From: an uncultured Candidatus Saccharibacteria bacterium
Lineage (GTDB): Bacteria; Patescibacteriota; Saccharimonadia; UBA4664; CAZJNH01
Length of the DNA: 41,491 nucleotides
Assembly (NCBI GenBank): GCA_964478595.1
Contig: CAYZIN010000006.1
Coordinates: forward strand, 1-41,491
Direction: 5' to 3'
Part shown: positions 39,318-41,491 of the stretch, in pieces
Position numbering within the stretch: position 1 is the first letter of the stretch
Layout of the letters: the number at the start of each line of letters is the position of its first letter
Notes under the pieces: model-generated
Database searches by the model: none
What the model saw: the letters and a program-made list of their open reading frames with translations, nothing else
Told to the model about the DNA's origin: nothing
Translations under genes and position numbers: made by a program

Positions 39318-39824
39318 CTAAGCCGCTTTGGCCCTACGGCGCCGGCTACACCCGCAGTCTTGCCCGTCGTGACGGACTTGGAGTAGCATGCGCTTCCCGG
39401 GCTTGATGGCACGCGGCGCCTGGGCAGTTTGCTTGATGATTCGCGCCGCCATCCGGTCGATCTCGATCTCTGCACAAGTAATTCCAAGGGTGCGGGGTCG
39501 ACCGAGGTCGAGGAGATTGACGAGTTGCGTCTCGCCTTCACGAAAACAGCTGCAACGCTTCCGCTCATGCCTGATGATCGCCCGCTCCATCTCTTCCCGG
39601 CCGACTTGCACGGGCAGGTTCGCGCAGGAGTGGTAGACCATGTGTACCGCGACATCTGTAAAGCTGGAGATAAAACACTCGAGCAGACGAAAAGCGTCTT
39701 TGAGCTGGCCGTTGCCCTCACTCGCCAGATACAGCCGGCTTGGCCATATGAGATGGTGCTCTTCGGTACTGTGATCGCTTGGTGGCGTCCACAGCTCTGC
39801 TGTCGCAGCCAACGCTGCAGGCAC
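39318..39824 (-). CDS. hypothetical His/Cys-rich protein, possibly His-Me finger (HNH-like)
   Basis: AGGAGG 5 nt before the GTG start; EHHLIWP...H..YH pattern; CSC and CGC motifs; basic C-terminus; downstream hairpin. Confidence 0.65.
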   Translation of the reverse strand: MPAALAATAELWTPPSDHSTEEHHLIWPSRLYLASEGNGQLKDAFRLLECFISSFTDVAVHMVYHSCANLPVQVGREEMERAIIRHERKRCSCFREGETQLVNLLDLGRPRTLGITCAEIEIDRMAARIIKQTAQAPRAIKPGKRMLLQVRHDGQDCGCSRRRRAKAA

Positions 39825-39847
39825 GTTTGCCTCCTAATTTGTCGAAC

Positions 39848-39872
39848 AAAAAAACTCCCTCGTTAGGGAGTT
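39848..39872 (-). terminator. intrinsic terminator in the leader of the 168-aa ORF
   Basis: AACTCCCT-aacg-AGGGAGTT-TTTTT on the minus strand. Confidence 0.75.
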
Positions 39873-39940
39873 CGCATGCGGAGAGCACAAAGGCCTGTCG
39901 GCTTAAAGATTCTGCCTGGGCCAAAATACCTCATGCCCGA

Positions 39941-39970
39941 ATTATCGGATAAACATAAGCATAATGTCAA
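39941..39970 (-). promoter_or_regulatory. putative sigma70 promoter
   Basis: TTGACA-N18-GATAAT. Confidence 0.5.
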
Positions 39971-39979
39971 ATTTGTTAT

Positions 39980-40545
39980 ACAAACCGAAGCCCCCCTTGC
40001 TTTCGCTTGGGGGGTCCGGATTCAGGATCTGGTTGACTGGGCTTTCGGCCTTGTTCGGGTATCCCCGCTTTTGGCTTTCGGCCACATCCTTGGCAATAAG
40101 CCCGAGAGCTTCTTGCCTTCGCACGAATTGTCTGGTGCTCCAGACTCCTCGCACACTTGGTGGATTGGTTCTCACCGGATCGTACCCGGTTTTGAATCTC
40201 CGCCAAGCGGACTTTATTCACCAACTGGTACGACAGCGGCGACGCTGCTTTTGTCCGATGGATCCTCGGACATATCCGCGTCTTTCGGAGTACTTCTCGC
40301 CCGGAACTTTGGAGTCAGAGCCTTTCGGCAGAGTCTCTCGTTGGTCCGGACACTACCCTCCCGAGGTTTCCCTCGAGGATGAGCCTGGGAGTTTTACCTC
40401 CTGGAGTTTCCTCCTGCTTCGCAGTTACCTTTTTCCTGAACCGTTTAGCTCGTAAGCTGAGGTGCCGGCTCCGGCTTCGTCGTGAGACGGGCCAAAGCTG
40501 GCATCACAGCCTACAAACAATGTTTGGAATTTAAAGAACGTAAGC
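39980..40545 (-). ncRNA. candidate large, highly structured non-coding RNA (~560 nt), family not recognised
   Basis: About 15 hairpins, several with GAAA loops on the minus strand; two nested long-range helices; dedicated promoter; no credible ORF. Confidence 0.7.
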
Positions 40546-40548
40546 GAA

Positions 40549-40577
40549 AGTATAGTGCTCCAGGCTGTAGGTGTTAA
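40549..40577 (-). promoter_or_regulatory. sigma70 promoter of the large structured RNA
   Basis: TTAACA-N17-TATACT, AT-rich UP-like tract at ~40585-40635 and boxA-like GTTCTTTAAA just downstream. Confidence 0.65.
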
Positions 40578-40649
40578 TCGTTAGAAGTTTCAAAAATTAC
40601 TAAAAATAATTAACTTTTTTTATAAAAATTTTTATCGCTTATGCTTTTT

Positions 40650-40725
40650 TGGTGGGCCCGCCTGGATTCGAACCAGGGACCAAAAGGTTATGAGCCCTCT
40701 GCTCTGACCGCTGAGCTACGGGCCC
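40650..40725 (-). tRNA. tRNA-Ile2(CAU), probable TilS substrate
   Basis: GGGCCCG acceptor, GAGGG-CT[CAT]AA-CCTTT, A73 and CCA. Ile2 versus Met identity is inferred from the acceptor stem. Confidence 0.85.
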
Positions 40726-40764
40726 ACGCGTTATAAGTGTAGCAAAGCTGTTAAAATTGTTACG

Positions 40765-41148
40765 GTGAAACCTCAAAGTAGCATAACGACAAAACTAATC
40801 AATATTGCCGGTTTCGTGTCGGCGATTTATTTGGTAGTGATTTTGTTCCAGACGATTCGCAACAACTCGAGCCTCCAGTCGCAAATCAACCAGATGAATC
40901 GAGACATCGCGCAGCTCAATTCGGAAAAAGCCGATCTTTCTTACCAGATAGCCTACTACCAAACCGATGCCTTTAAAGAAAAAGCCGCTCGGGCCAAGCT
41001 AGGCTTGCAGCAGCCGGGTGAAAACTTACTGATTTTACCGAAAAGTAGCTCCGGTACGCCGGCGCCAGTCCAAGCGGTGACTAAAACAGCAGCGCCAGCG
41101 AAGCCGGAATCTAATTTTTCGCAATGGTGGCATTTCTTATTCGGCTGA
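40765..41148 (+). CDS. ftsB: septum formation initiator (FtsB/DivIC family)
   Basis: TM, coiled coil and EKAARAKLGLQQPGE signature. Confidence 0.85.
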   Translation: MKPQSSITTKLINIAGFVSAIYLVVILFQTIRNNSSLQSQINQMNRDIAQLNSEKADLSYQIAYYQTDAFKEKAARAKLGLQQPGENLLILPKSSSGTPAPVQAVTKTAAPAKPESNFSQWWHFLFG

Positions 41149-41177
41149 TTGACCGAACAGATAGAAAGTGCTACTAT
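41149..41177 (+). promoter_or_regulatory. sigma70 promoter for tRNA-fMet
   Basis: TTGACC-N17-TACTAT with TGn extension. Confidence 0.65.
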
Positions 41178-41189
41178 TTTTCACTGCGC

Positions 41190-41265
41190 CGCGGGGTGGA
41201 GCAGTGGTTAGCTCGCAAGGCTCATAACCTTGAGGTCGTTGGTTCGAATCCAACCCCCGCTACCA
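41190..41265 (+). tRNA. initiator tRNA-fMet(CAU)
   Basis: C1:U72 mismatch, CGCGGGG, GAGC/GCTC D stem, CAAGG-CT[CAT]AA-CCTTG and CCA. Confidence 0.93.
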
Positions 41266-41302
41266 AAATTTGCTTCTGACTTTTGTCGGGAGCAAATTTT
41301 GG
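41263..41302 (+). terminator. long hairpin directly after tRNA-fMet
   Basis: CCAAAATTTGCTTCTGAC-tttt-GTCGGGAGCAAATTTTGG. Confidence 0.6.
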
Positions 41303-41436
41303 CTTAAGAAGCTAAAATGAAGCTATGGCGAGTCAATCCGAAGGAGCGAAGCGACTGTTTGACGAGCCAAGAGAAGAAACCGACGTAGTACTGGAATCGC
41401 CTGAAGCGATGGAGGTCGGAGTCGGTTTGGACGTGC

Positions 41437-41491
41437 GGCTGTGTAGCTCAGTGGTAGAGCAGCGGACTCATAAGCCGTTGGTCGTTGGTTC
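41437..41491 (+). tRNA. elongator tRNA-Met(CAU), truncated by the window edge
   Basis: GGCTGTG-TA-GCTC..GAGC-A-GCGGA-CT[CAT]AA-GCCGT-TGGTC-GTTGG-TTC. Confidence 0.85.

Noticed and set aside
39236-39866. Alternative ORFs 39236..39721, 39388..39636 and 39429..39866
   Set aside because: They are shadow frames of the 168-aa ORF, which has the SD and the downstream hairpin.
40090-40415. RNase P RNA interpretation (GAGGAAACUCC and GGCUUAU on the minus strand)
   Set aside because: GAGGAAACUCC is not GAGGAAAGUCC and is part of a local GAAA hairpin. GGCUUAU is within another local hairpin, and I saw no AGUGCNACAG or ACAGAA consensus. A covariance-model search should still confirm this.
39876-40455. 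ORFs 39876..40382, 39964..40455, 39942..40175 and 39976..40224 over the structured region
   Set aside because: They overlap one another, lack an RBS and have Ser/Pro/Gly/Arg-biased composition typical of GC-rich structured non-coding DNA.
39980-40545. Group II intron, tmRNA or CRISPR array interpretation
   Set aside because: No domain V or GUGYG start, no tRNA-like ends, and no regularly spaced direct repeats.
1-41491. Integrase, transposase, reverse transcriptase (DGR/retron) or prophage genes
   Set aside because: No ORF in the window carries recognisable motifs for these.

Overview
A gene-dense chromosomal segment from a small-genome bacterium. The short TsaB and HrcA, the PilB/C/M/N/O plus many-pilin cluster without a secretin, and the overall gene style point to Patescibacteria/CPR, possibly Saccharimonadia-like (inference). 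In order it holds: a minus-strand tRNA cluster (Pro-Gly-Arg); hup, a DEDD exonuclease, rny and tsaB/tsaE; a ~15 kb type IV pilus locus (pilB, pilC, three mosaic major-type pilins, PilV/W/X-like minor pilins, pilMNO) interrupted by two inverted GT-C glycosyltransferases; an (alpha/alpha)6 glycosidase-like gene; yebC-ruvCAB; a subtilase with three Ig domains; tRNA-Lys; a CIRCE-controlled hrcA-grpE-dnaK-dnaJ operon with small inserted ORFs; and tilS-ftsH-murJ-lepA, ftsB and all three CAU tRNAs. The most notable unexplained element is a ~560 nt hairpin-dense, apparently non-coding unit (~39980-40545). It has its own sigma70-type promoter and long-range helices, and it lies between tRNA-Ile2 and a small His/Cys-rich, HNH-like ORF. 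Structured tRNA-associated elements and a recurring intergenic AAGCATAA motif are also reported. All calls come from manual reading; no database search was run.
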